Shown here piece by piece: positions 19,399 through 28,484 of a stretch of 64,000 nucleotides of DNA (positions are counted from its first letter, which is position 1; each line of letters opens with the position of its first letter). The notes beneath the pieces were generated by a model that had not been told where the DNA came from, made no database searches, and worked only from the letters and a program-made list of their open reading frames with translations. Location of the stretch: the NCBI GenBank assembly GCA_037139835.1, contig JBAXFQ010000002.1:10659-74658 (forward strand). Reading direction: 5' to 3'. The position numbers were made by a program, and so were the translations under genes. The DNA is from Candidatus Nomurabacteria bacterium. Its GTDB lineage: Bacteria; Patescibacteriota; Minisyncoccia; Phycocordibacterales; UBA9973.

Positions 19399-21084
19399 AT
19401 GCCAAAGAAGATTCTTACATTCTTTAATAGAGAATTTAACGGAATAAACGAAGCCGCCTTATTACTTGGCGGTTTCGCTTTTTTGTCTCAATTACTTGGT
19501 TTAATAAGAGATAGAATGCTGGCAAGTGCCATCGGTCCAGGAAGGGTTTTGGATATATACTATGCTGCTTTTCGAGTTCCAGATTTCCTTTATATATCTA
19601 TTGCGTCACTGGCTTCCGTTACTGTTCTTTTGCCATTTTTAATGGATAGAATAAAGAGAGATAATGATAATACAAGTGCTCGTCATTTTTTAAATAATGT
19701 ATTTAGTGCTTATATGGTTTTTATGGTAGTGATAAGTTTTTTGGTTGCAGTATTGATGCCATATCTAGCTCACTATATAGCACCTGGTTTTAATAATGCT
19801 GAGATTGCTTCTCTTGTCATGACTAGTCGTATAATGTTGCTTTCTCCTATATTTATAGGGTTATCAAATCTTATAGGTTCTGTCACTCAATTGTTCAGAA
19901 ATTTCTTTATATTTTCTCTCTCTCCAATTTTTTATAATATAGGTATTTTGACCGGTATCATTTATTTTTATCCTATTTTTGGAGTGTATGGTTTAGCTAT
20001 GGGGGTTATATTGGGAGCTATTATGCACCTCATGGTTCAAGTTCCTATTGTAGTAAAACATAAGCTTTTTCCTAAATTTATTCCAAAAATAAACTGGAAA
20101 GAAATCTTTCAAGTTATGAAGTTATCCTTGCCTAGAACTTTAGCTCTTTCTTGTAATAGCCTTGCTCTGCTGGTAATAATAGCTATGGCTTCTACTTTAA
20201 AAGCAGGATCTATATCGCTTTTTACTTTTTCATTTAACTTACAGTCTGTTCCAGTTGGTATTATCGGTATTTCTTATTCAGTCGCAGCTTTTCCAGTTCT
20301 CGCTCGGTCATTCTCTTTGAATGAGATGGATAAATTTGTCGGACACATCATAGGTGCAGCTAAACAAATTATTTTCTGGTCTTTGCCAATTATAGTTTTG
20401 ATTATAGTTTTGCGTGCCCAGATAGTCCGAGTTATTTTAGGTTCCGGTACTTTTTCATGGGCAGATACAAGATTGACCGCTGCTGCTAGTGCACTATTTA
20501 TAATCTCTCTAGTTACTCAGAGTTTAGTTTTATTGTTTGTCAGAGGATACTATGCCGCAGCTAAAACAAAAACACCTCTTGCTGTAAACATGCTATCTTC
20601 TTTTCTGGTCATTTTTTTCACTTATATTTTATTGTATGTTTTCAGATGTTATCCTCAAATCTTAAATGTATTAGAGTCTGTCTTAAGAGTAAGGGACGTA
20701 CCAGGTACTATAATGCTTGCTTTGCCTGTCGCTTATACATTGGGTTCTCTTGTTAATTTCTTTTTAATTTGGATTTTATTTAAAAAAGACTTTTTGATGA
20801 AAGGTCAGTCTATGCTTTATAAGACTTTCTATCAAAGTTTATTTGGTTCGGTTACTATGGGTCTTTTTGCTTATATTTCTTTAAATTTTCTAAGTAAAAT
20901 TTTTAATTTAGATACATTTTTAGGTGTCTTTTTACAGGGTTTTGTTTCTGGAATTATCGGAATATTCTTTGGTGTTCTTGTATTAATCTTATTTAAGAAT
21001 GAAGAGTTCATCAGTATAATTAGAACATTGAGTCATAAATTGTCTGATAAGAATATTACTGTTCCTGAGCAAGGAGAACTATAA
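19399..21084 (+). CDS. murJ: Lipid II flippase MurJ
   Basis: SQLLGLIRD, YYAAFRVPD and RGYYA..KTKTP; many TM helices. Confidence 0.9.
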   Translation: MPKKILTFFNREFNGINEAALLLGGFAFLSQLLGLIRDRMLASAIGPGRVLDIYYAAFRVPDFLYISIASLASVTVLLPFLMDRIKRDNDNTSARHFLNNVFSAYMVFMVVISFLVAVLMPYLAHYIAPGFNNAEIASLVMTSRIMLLSPIFIGLSNLIGSVTQLFRNFFIFSLSPIFYNIGILTGIIYFYPIFGVYGLAMGVILGAIMHLMVQVPIVVKHKLFPKFIPKINWKEIFQVMKLSLPRTLALSCNSLALLVIIAMASTLKAGSISLFTFSFNLQSVPVGIIGISYSVAAFPVLARSFSLNEMDKFVGHIIGAAKQIIFWSLPIIVLIIVLRAQIVRVILGSGTFSWADTRLTAAASALFIISLVTQSLVLLFVRGYYAAAKTKTPLAVNMLSSFLVIFFTYILLYVFRCYPQILNVLESVLRVRDVPGTIMLALPVAYTLGSLVNFFLIWILFKKDFLMKGQSMLYKTFYQSLFGSVTMGLFAYISLNFLSKIFNLDTFLGVFLQGFVSGIIGIFFGVLVLILFKNEEFISIIRTLSHKLSDKNITVPEQGEL

Positions 21085-21151
21085 TTTTTTATATTTAATA
21101 TAACCAAAATGCCTCCTTTGAAATTAAGGCTTTTTTTGTTAGTATAGACTC

Positions 21152-22975
21152 ATGGATATTAAATCTATAAGAAATTTCTCAATAATTGCACATATAGATC
21201 ACGGTAAAAGTACTCTGGCTGACCGTATGCTTGAAGTGACGGGTACTATAGAAAAACGAAAAATGAAGGATCAAGTTCTAGACTCAATGGAGCTTGAGAG
21301 AGAAAGAGGTATCACTATCAAAATGCAGCCTGTTCGAATGGAATATGCTTTAAATAATGAAAAGTATATTTTAAACCTGATTGATACACCTGGGCACATA
21401 GACTTCTCTTATGAGGTATCTCGTGCATTAAAAGCCGTAGAAGGCTCTATATTGCTCGTAGATGCGACTCAAGGTGTTCAGGCTCAGACACTTACAACTC
21501 TACAGATGGCTCGTGATTCAGGCCTTGTAATAATACCAGTTCTTTCTAAGGTAGATTCTCCTTTAGCTATGGTGGATGAAGTAAAAATGGAAGTAGCTGT
21601 ACTCTTAGATATTGACCCGGATTCGATACTTTTGGTTTCTGGGAAAACAGGTCAGGGTGTCTCTTTTTTGTTAGATGAAATAATTAAGAGAATTCCTTCT
21701 CCTAAAGAGCCATCCCTCGAGATTGCTAAAAATGATGGAGCTCGTGCTCTAGTTTTTGATTTCAAATATGATAATCATAGGGGAGTCATAGTTTATGTTC
21801 GAGTAGTTGAAGGAGAATTCAAAAAAGGTGAATCCTTATTATTCGCAGTATCTTCAGAGAAATTTATATGTTTAGAAGTTGGAACATTCTCACCAGAAGA
21901 AGAGCCTAAAGAGAAAATAGGAACAGGAGAGATTGGCTATATCGTTACAGGTATTAAGAAGCCCGGTATTGCTTCAGTGGGAGATACTATCACTTATACA
22001 AAGAAACCTGCACATGCTCTACCAGGATATATGAATCCAAAGCCAGTGGTTTGGGCTTCTGTTTATCCGGAAAGCCAGGATGATTTTCCAAACCTGAAAC
22101 AGGCTTTAAGTCGCCTAAGATTGTCCGATTCTTCATTTTCTTACGAAGAGGAGTCTTCTGGATCTCTCGGAAGAGGTTATAGATGTGGATTCTTGGGAAT
22201 GCTACACTTAGAGATAATAGCAGAGAGATTAAACAGAGAATTTGATCTAGAACTTATCGTTACTATGCCTTCTATAACCTATAAAGTAGAGCTAAGGAAT
22301 GGTAAATCAGAAACTATATATTCTCCACATCTTTTCCCAGATGATGGTAATGTTTTAAAAATTTTCGAACCATGGGTAAATGTAAAGATTATCACTCCTT
22401 CTCTTTACACTAGTTATTTGATGCCTTTCTTGTATGAACATGAGGCTACAATAAAAAGTACTGATAATTTTGGAGACAATAGATCTTCTATTGATTTAGA
22501 GATGCCATTACGAGAATTGATGCGCAACTTTTTTGATGATATGAAAAGTCTTACTTCGGGGTATGCATCTATATCATATGAGATAGGAGAGTACAAAGAG
22601 GCTGATGTAGTGCGTATGGATATAATAGTTGCCAACGAGGTCATGCCAGCTTTTTCTCGTGTAGTCTCCAGGAGAAGAGTTGAAGACGAAGCAAAGTATC
22701 AAGTTGAAAAATTACAAAAGATTATTCCAAGACAACAATTTGCTTTTAAGATTCAAGCTAAGGCACTAGGTAGGATCATCTCATCTGAAGCGGTTTCTGC
22801 TTTCCGAAAAGATGTTCTAATGCATGGAAGTAAAGTAGTTGGAGGAGGGGATGTGAGTCGTAAAAAGAAGTTACTCGAGAAACAAAAGAAAGGTAAAAAG
22901 AGAATGCAATCAAGTGCAAAAATAAACATCTCTCACGAGGTGTTCCTAAAGATGATGCGTAGTAGTAATGATTAA
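21152..22975 (+). CDS. lepA: Elongation factor 4
   Basis: RNFSIIAHIDHGKSTLADR, DTPGHIDF, GFLGMLH and RKKKLLEKQKKGK. Confidence 0.97.
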   Translation: MDIKSIRNFSIIAHIDHGKSTLADRMLEVTGTIEKRKMKDQVLDSMELERERGITIKMQPVRMEYALNNEKYILNLIDTPGHIDFSYEVSRALKAVEGSILLVDATQGVQAQTLTTLQMARDSGLVIIPVLSKVDSPLAMVDEVKMEVAVLLDIDPDSILLVSGKTGQGVSFLLDEIIKRIPSPKEPSLEIAKNDGARALVFDFKYDNHRGVIVYVRVVEGEFKKGESLLFAVSSEKFICLEVGTFSPEEEPKEKIGTGEIGYIVTGIKKPGIASVGDTITYTKKPAHALPGYMNPKPVVWASVYPESQDDFPNLKQALSRLRLSDSSFSYEEESSGSLGRGYRCGFLGMLHLEIIAERLNREFDLELIVTMPSITYKVELRNGKSETIYSPHLFPDDGNVLKIFEPWVNVKIITPSLYTSYLMPFLYEHEATIKSTDNFGDNRSSIDLEMPLRELMRNFFDDMKSLTSGYASISYEIGEYKEADVVRMDIIVANEVMPAFSRVVSRRRVEDEAKYQVEKLQKIIPRQQFAFKIQAKALGRIISSEAVSAFRKDVLMHGSKVVGGGDVSRKKKLLEKQKKGKKRMQSSAKINISHEVFLKMMRSSND

Positions 22976-23118
22976 TCTAAAGCTTTCTATTTAAATAAAA
23001 TAGGCATATAAAGCAATATCATACTAACGATGACTAGTATTGAGATTATAGCAAAAACTCTTTCTATTTTTTTCTTATTTTTTTGACCGAAAAACATGAT
23101 ATAATAATAGCACTAAAT

Positions 23119-23499
23119 ATGGCCGAATTCAATAAGAAAAATAAGTATAATTTTTGGCACTCACCTTTGGTGTTGTTATTGCTTTTTTGTGTTTTAGTCT
23201 TATTTGCATATAATATGATTGGTCTATCTACAAAAGAAAGAGAGACAGCAAAGAAAAAGGATTTAATTTTATCAAATATTGAGACTCTTAGAACTAGGGA
23301 AAAAAGCCTCAATTCAGATATTGAGAAGCTGAAGACTGATGAAGGTGTTGAGGAAACAATTAGAGATAAATATCAGGTAGTAAGACCAGATGAGAAGATG
23401 GTTACTATTGTAGATGAAGAAAAAAATGAAGCACCAGCTGTCGAAGTGGAAAGTAAGCATGGTTTTTTTGAGTGGTTAAAGGATATGTTTAATAAATAA
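23119..23499 (+). CDS. Septum formation initiator (FtsB/DivIC-like)
   Basis: TM plus coiled coil plus E..IRDKY.VVRPDE; start reassigned to MAEF. Confidence 0.75.
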   Translation: MAEFNKKNKYNFWHSPLVLLLLFCVLVLFAYNMIGLSTKERETAKKKDLILSNIETLRTREKSLNSDIEKLKTDEGVEETIRDKYQVVRPDEKMVTIVDEEKNEAPAVEVESKHGFFEWLKDMFNK

Positions 23500-23503
23500 A
23501 AAA

Positions 23504-23574
23504 GCGGTCGTAGTTTAGTGGTAGAACTGGTGCTTCCCAAGCATCGGGTGCGGGTTCGATTCCCGCCGACCGCA
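23504..23574 (+). tRNA. tRNA-Gly(CCC)
   Basis: Acceptor GCGGTCG/CGACCGC, anticodon arm GGTGC-TTCCCAA-GCATC, T-loop GTTCGATT; no encoded CCA. Confidence 0.95.
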
Positions 23575-23741
23575 CATACAAAAATATCTTATATAAGATA
23601 TTTTTGTATGTGCGGGAGAGCAAGAGAACTGCTTCTCTTGCGTGCGGAAATCGAAAGACTTTTCTGTAATTTGTTTACAAATTCAGAAAAGTACCTGGCT
23701 ATGTAATAGCCGATAAGCGTACTCGCGGTCCCGACCACACA
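23575..23741. repeat. tRNA-3'-attached structured element, copy A
   Basis: Long palindrome, inverted tRNA 3' end, three hairpins, GATAAGCGTACTCGCGGTC, then a direct copy of the tRNA end. Confidence 0.8.
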
Positions 23742-23856
23742 TTGACTTAAATCTAGTTTTATTGACTTGTAAATATTTCATGTCAAGATGTTGCTTATTT
23801 TTTTAATATGATATACTAAAAATAGTTTTGAATTATTAATTAATTAAAAAATATTT

Positions 23857-24096
23857 ATGAGTAAAGTAACAGTTTATAGCACACCTACATGTCATTTTTG
23901 TCATATGGCAAAAGATTTTTTTAAAGAGAAAAATGTAGAGTTTGTTGATTATAATGTTTCAACTGATCTAGAAAAAAGAAAAGAAATGATGGATAAAAGT
24001 GGTCAGATGGGAGTACCAGTTATAGTTATAGATGATAAGATAATTGTTGGTTTTAATAAACCTCAAATTGTTGAAAAGCTAGGTATTAAAGAGTAG
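23857..24096 (+). CDS. Glutaredoxin / NrdH-like redoxin
   Basis: YSTPTCHFC and SGQMGVPV motifs. Confidence 0.92.
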   Translation: MSKVTVYSTPTCHFCHMAKDFFKEKNVEFVDYNVSTDLEKRKEMMDKSGQMGVPVIVIDDKIIVGFNKPQIVEKLGIKE

Positions 24097-24151
24097 TTTT
24101 TTGTAAGATAATAGGTTATTATAAAAGCACCTTCATTGGTGCTTTTATTTT

Positions 24152-24223
24152 GCCCTCGTAGTTCAATGGATAGAACAGTCCCGTCCTAAGGGATAGATGT
24201 CAGTTCGATTCTGGCCGGGGGCA
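24152..24223 (+). tRNA. tRNA-Arg(CCT)
   Basis: Acceptor GCCCTCG/CGGGGGC, anticodon arm GTCCC-GTCCTAA-GGGAT, T-loop GTTCGATT. Confidence 0.93.
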
Positions 24224-24440
24224 CACACTCAAAAATATCTTTTTAAAGATATTTTTGAGTGTGTGCCCCGAACAAGCAAACTTCTTTGCTTGTGTGCCAG
24301 AATCGAAGACCTTGAGCTTGGATTTTAAAATTATTATTTTAAAATACGCGAAAGGTGTACTGAACCTGTAAGGTTCGATAAGCGTAACCGTGGTCGGCCG
24401 GGGGCACCAATTATATACTCGCGGTCTGGCCGGGGGCACC
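24224..24440. repeat. tRNA-3'-attached structured element, copy B, with two direct copies of the tRNA end
   Basis: Same module order as copy A; GGCCGGGGGCAC recurs at 24396 and 24428. Confidence 0.82.
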
Positions 24441-24476
24441 TTTTATTTTTCATTTAAATATGATAAAGTATACCCA

Positions 24477-24782
24477 ATGGATGAAGATATAAAAAAGCTT
24501 TTAAGTGATGATTTGGCTGTAAATAAGGCTAATAATGAGATGCTTAAGAAGCTTGTTCTTTACCAGAAATGGAATCAGATTTATAAAATTGTTTATTGGT
24601 CTATTATAATTCTTTCAGTCTTAGGTGCATTTTATTTTGTTCAACCTTATTTAGGAAGTATATTTGGTATATACAATGGAGGAGTAGGTGCGACAGATAT
24701 AAATAAAATTAGTAATGTAAATAAAAGCTTAGGAGAGAAGAGTCAAATACAGAAATTAATAGATGCATATCAAGGAAATTAA
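24477..24782 (+). CDS. Hypothetical single-TM protein
   Basis: Start reassigned to MDEDIKK; the upstream GTG lies inside the repeat. Confidence 0.7.
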   Translation: MDEDIKKLLSDDLAVNKANNEMLKKLVLYQKWNQIYKIVYWSIIILSVLGAFYFVQPYLGSIFGIYNGGVGATDINKISNVNKSLGEKSQIQKLIDAYQGN

Positions 24783-24788
24783 ATGTCT

Positions 24789-24861
24789 GCCTAGATAGCT
24801 CAGTTGGTAGAGCGCTCCCCTGAAGAGGGATAGGTCCCCAGTTCAAATCTGGGTCTAGGCA
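24789..24861 (+). tRNA. tRNA-Phe(GAA)
   Basis: Acceptor GCCTAGA/TCTAGGC, D-arm AGCTCAGTTGGTAGAGC, anticodon loop CTGAAGA, T-loop GTTCAAAT. Confidence 0.93.
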
Positions 24862-24865
24862 CAAA

Positions 24866-24899
24866 AAATAAAAAACCCGCAATTGCGGGTTTTTTATTT
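24866..24899. terminator. Bidirectional terminator
   Basis: AAATAAAAAACCCGC-AATT-GCGGGTTTTTTATTT between tRNA-Phe and the convergent Hsp20 gene. Confidence 0.75.
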
Positions 24900-24904
24900 A
24901 TTTT

Positions 24905-25405
24905 TTATATTGATTTAACTTTCAATTTTGTCTCTCTATTTTTATCTATCTTTGGAAGTTTTATTATTAGAAGACCGTGTTTTTCTATAGCTTCAGCTTC
25001 TTCTAAGTTCACTTCTTCAGGTAATGATATTGATCTTGAGAATGTTCCCCAGTAAAGTTCTTGAACAAAATAATTTTCTTTATCTATTGACTGATTCTCT
25101 TCTCTTTTTCCTTTTATTGAAATGGAATCTCTTGTTATGTTTATTGATAGGTTGTCTGGGTGTACACCTGCTATCATCGTCTGAACAATAATCTCATTTT
25201 CTGTTTGGTACACATCTAGACTTAATTCTGCTTCTTGTTCTTCTTCCCATTTAGACTCAGATTCTCCATCTGATAATCCTTCTATATCTCTACCTTGTAA
25301 ATTTAACTTATTTACTGTATTGACAGCTATGTCTGTAGCTTCCTCCTCGTCTTCTAATCTAATACTTCCTGTAAGGCGCTCTAAAAACGATCTCTTTTTA
25401 ATCAT
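24905..25405 (-). CDS. Hsp20/alpha-crystallin small heat-shock protein
   Basis: DVYQT..EIIV, ELYWGTFSRSISLP and HGLLIIKLPK. Confidence 0.92.
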   Translation of the reverse strand: MIKKRSFLERLTGSIRLEDEEEATDIAVNTVNKLNLQGRDIEGLSDGESESKWEEEQEAELSLDVYQTENEIIVQTMIAGVHPDNLSINITRDSISIKGKREENQSIDKENYFVQELYWGTFSRSISLPEEVNLEEAEAIEKHGLLIIKLPKIDKNRETKLKVKSI

Positions 25406-25412
25406 ATATAAT

Positions 25413-26123
25413 TTATGAGACAGGTTCTACTTGTCCCATACGTTTTAATTTCTCAAATATAAGTATATTAATAATCGCGACGACCCAAAGGAATCCAAAC
25501 ACAGAAAGAAAATTTTCACCGCTTCCTTTCATTATAAAAAAATTAAAGACACTATGCAAGACAATTGCAAAAGAAATTCCAATTATAAGATAGAATGTTC
25601 TGTTTTGTCTCAAATAAAAAGATAGACCAAGGGCACTACCGATCATCGAACTCGCTATAGCATGCAGTAGGGTAGAGCCAAGGAAACGAAGATTTCCAGT
25701 AAGCATACCAACTATTGTATTGTTTGCACTCATAGGCTTTATAAGATAGAGTACATTTTCAAAAGCAGCGAATCCTAATGCTGTCGCTATAAAATACATA
25801 GGGTAGTCTATAGGTTTTCTTATTATATTATTACCGAAAATAATGAATGAAACCCCTATCATTTTTAATACTTCTTCGATTCCTGCCCATACTATTATTT
25901 GAGTTGTATTGCCACTTATGAATCCCATCGTGAACTTTTCTAGCCACATCGCTATTAGTACTATTATTCCTCCTAATATGAAAGATATCACTATTAGACC
26001 TATCGGTTCTGGTTCATCTCTATCTTCTTCGTACATCCAAAACCATAACCACAAGATAGCAGGTAATGCTCCTCCTAATAATGCATAAATGATTGTTTTT
26101 GGATTATTGACTAGTTGATTCAT
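25413..26123 (-). CDS. PrsW-family intramembrane glutamic protease
   Basis: EPEP, IEEVLK, ALGFAAFEN, LLHA and LHSVFN motifs. Confidence 0.9.
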   Translation of the reverse strand: MNQLVNNPKTIIYALLGGALPAILWLWFWMYEEDRDEPEPIGLIVISFILGGIIVLIAMWLEKFTMGFISGNTTQIIVWAGIEEVLKMIGVSFIIFGNNIIRKPIDYPMYFIATALGFAAFENVLYLIKPMSANNTIVGMLTGNLRFLGSTLLHAIASSMIGSALGLSFYLRQNRTFYLIIGISFAIVLHSVFNFFIMKGSGENFLSVFGFLWVVAIINILIFEKLKRMGQVEPVS

Positions 26124-26138
26124 TATATATATTTTTGT

Positions 26139-28322
26139 TTATGCTGGCCATTTTTCTACTATTAATAATTTCTTATTTTCTATAGGAATTATACCCCAAA
26201 TCTCTTCAGTTACGAAAGGCATAAATGGGTGAAGGATTTTGAGTATTTTAGTTAAAGTATCAAGTAAGAATTGAGCTCTTGAATTTTTGTCAGCATCAGT
26301 TCCATTTAGGAATATTTCTTTACTTTCTTCTATAATAACATCTGCAAAGCGAGACCATGTGTATTGATATATTTTTTCACCAACTAGATAGAATTTATAT
26401 TCTTCCATTTCTTTTGTTATGTCTTTGATTAATTCATCTCTTTCTTTTATTAATATATCTTCTCTTTCAGTATAAGAAGGGAAATTCTCTTCGTATTTAA
26501 AGTTTTCGGTGCTACTTAATACAAAGCGAGTTATATTCCAAAGTTTATTGGCGTAGTTTTTGTAAGCTCTTATTTTATCTTCCGACATTTTACTGTCATT
26601 ACCTGGTCCTGTTCCTATGATAAGTGACATACGTACTGAGTCTGTTCCATACTTTGAAGTTAGTTCTAGGGGGTCAAGAGAGTTACCAAGTGACTTACTC
26701 ATTTTTCGCCCCTGTGGGTCTCTGACAAGTCCATGAAGATAAACATTTTTGAATGGTACAACTCCTAGTATATAAGTACTCATGAGTATCATTCTGGCAA
26801 CCCAGAAGAATATGATATCGTAAGCTGTCTCAAGCATATTTGTAGGATGGTATGTTTGAAAGTCTGCTGCATTCAAGTCTGGCCAGCCTAGAGTAGAGAA
26901 AGTCCAAAGACCTGAAGAGAACCAAGTATCTAGAGTATCTTCGTCTTGAGACCATCCTGCTTCTGTCGGTGCTTCAAGTCCACAAAATATTTCTTCTCCT
27001 TTATACCAAACAGGGATTCGATGCCCGTACCATATTTGTCTAGAAATACACCAGTCACGAAGATTTAAAATCCAATTGTAATATACCTTCTCGAATCGGT
27101 CGGGAATTATATTTATATTTTTGCTTTGTACTGCTTCTAGCATTAATTCTTTAAGACTTTTATTTCCTCTCTCTGAAATGGGTTTATTTACATTTATAAA
27201 CCATTGAAGTTTAGGAAGAGGCTCTATTATTCCACCAGTACGCTCAGCAGTAGAGATATTCTGGGTAACTTCTTCTTCTTTTTCTAATAAACCTTCACTG
27301 CTTAACCATTCTACTATTGCAAGCCTTGCGTCTGTTGTTTTCTTGCCTAGAATTCTTTCATCTCCGACTGTCATTTTTGCAAATTCATTTATAACCTGCT
27401 TTGTAGGAAGGTTGTGTCTCATGGCAATTTCTGCATCTATCTGACTATGTGCAGGAGTAACTCCTAAGGCTCCAGTCCCGAATTCTTTTTCGACAGCTTC
27501 GTCAGCAATTATTTTAATCTCTAATTTTACTCCACAGAAATTTTCTATTATATATGTTTTCCCGACATAATCTTTATATCTTTCATCTGTAGGGTTTACG
27601 GCTACTGCGACGTCTCCGACTTTAGTTTCTGGTCTAGTCGTCGAAATAGATATAGGGAAGTCAGAGCTATATTTAAAAGTATAGAATTTAGCTTTTCTTT
27701 CTTCGTAAACTATTTCATCGTCTGATATAACTGTTTGTCCCTTTGGATCCCAGTTTACTATGCGATGACCTCTATATATAATCCCATCATCATACATTTT
27801 CTTGAATGCAGTTCTTACAGCAAAATTTCTTTTTGCATCTAGAGTATAAGCTTCTCTGGACCAATCCAAAGATGCACCCATCTTTTTAGATTGACTTACG
27901 ATAGTGTCATGACTTTCTTGGGCGAACTTTTCAACTCTCTTAAGAAATTCTTCTCTTCCTAAATCTGTTTTTCTTTTACCTTCTTCTTTTTCTAGTATTT
28001 TTTCAACTTTAGATTGAGTTGCTATTGCTGCATGATCTGTACCTGGGAGCCAAAGAGTTCTTTTTCCTTGCATACGAGCAAAACGAATCATAATATCTTC
28101 TATTGTTAGAGTCGCCGCATGGCCTAAGTGTAGAGTCCCTGTGACATTTGGAGGGGGAAGAACCATAGAGAAAGTTTCTGCATTTTTATCAGCTATGCCT
28201 TTTTCTATACAGACATCAGGATTAAAGAATCCACTTTCTTCCCATAGTTTATAAATGCGATCCTCTGTTTCCTTTGGATCGTATGGTTTCAATAATTTAG
28301 GGTCTATATTCGGTTCAATCAT
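26139..28322 (-). CDS. valS: Valine--tRNA ligase (no C-terminal coiled coil)
   Basis: PPPNVTGTLHLGHA, DWCISRQIWYGH, DTWFSSGLW and KMSKS. Confidence 0.96.
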   Translation of the reverse strand: MIEPNIDPKLLKPYDPKETEDRIYKLWEESGFFNPDVCIEKGIADKNAETFSMVLPPPNVTGTLHLGHAATLTIEDIMIRFARMQGKRTLWLPGTDHAAIATQSKVEKILEKEEGKRKTDLGREEFLKRVEKFAQESHDTIVSQSKKMGASLDWSREAYTLDAKRNFAVRTAFKKMYDDGIIYRGHRIVNWDPKGQTVISDDEIVYEERKAKFYTFKYSSDFPISISTTRPETKVGDVAVAVNPTDERYKDYVGKTYIIENFCGVKLEIKIIADEAVEKEFGTGALGVTPAHSQIDAEIAMRHNLPTKQVINEFAKMTVGDERILGKKTTDARLAIVEWLSSEGLLEKEEEVTQNISTAERTGGIIEPLPKLQWFINVNKPISERGNKSLKELMLEAVQSKNINIIPDRFEKVYYNWILNLRDWCISRQIWYGHRIPVWYKGEEIFCGLEAPTEAGWSQDEDTLDTWFSSGLWTFSTLGWPDLNAADFQTYHPTNMLETAYDIIFFWVARMILMSTYILGVVPFKNVYLHGLVRDPQGRKMSKSLGNSLDPLELTSKYGTDSVRMSLIIGTGPGNDSKMSEDKIRAYKNYANKLWNITRFVLSSTENFKYEENFPSYTEREDILIKERDELIKDITKEMEEYKFYLVGEKIYQYTWSRFADVIIEESKEIFLNGTDADKNSRAQFLLDTLTKILKILHPFMPFVTEEIWGIIPIENKKLLIVEKWPA

Positions 28323-28377
28323 GTATAAAATATAGCACTTTTTAAATAATTATTCAAAAATTGGTAAAATAAAAATA

Positions 28378-28460
28378 GTCTCTGAAAAATGCCTTGGGAG
28401 GCTGTCGAGCCGAGCACGAGGAATTTTTCAGCAGAAAAATATCCGTGGATTTTGAAGAGA
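28378..28460 (+). repeat. Palindromic repeat element, intergenic copy
   Basis: AGGCTGTCGAGCCGAGCAC at 28399-28417 plus an AGCA-loop hairpin; an inverted copy lies inside tsaD. Confidence 0.75.
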
Positions 28461-28484
28461 ACTATTTTTATGAAGCCTATTTTA

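Noticed and set aside
23518-24439. ORF-track entries 23518-23706 and 24200-24439, and the 5' extension of 24390
   Set aside because: They overlap tRNA genes and the palindromic elements, so they are spurious.
26139-28322. Short ValS as a possible pseudogene
   Set aside because: All catalytic motifs are intact; only the C-terminal coiled coil is missing and the next gene follows closely.
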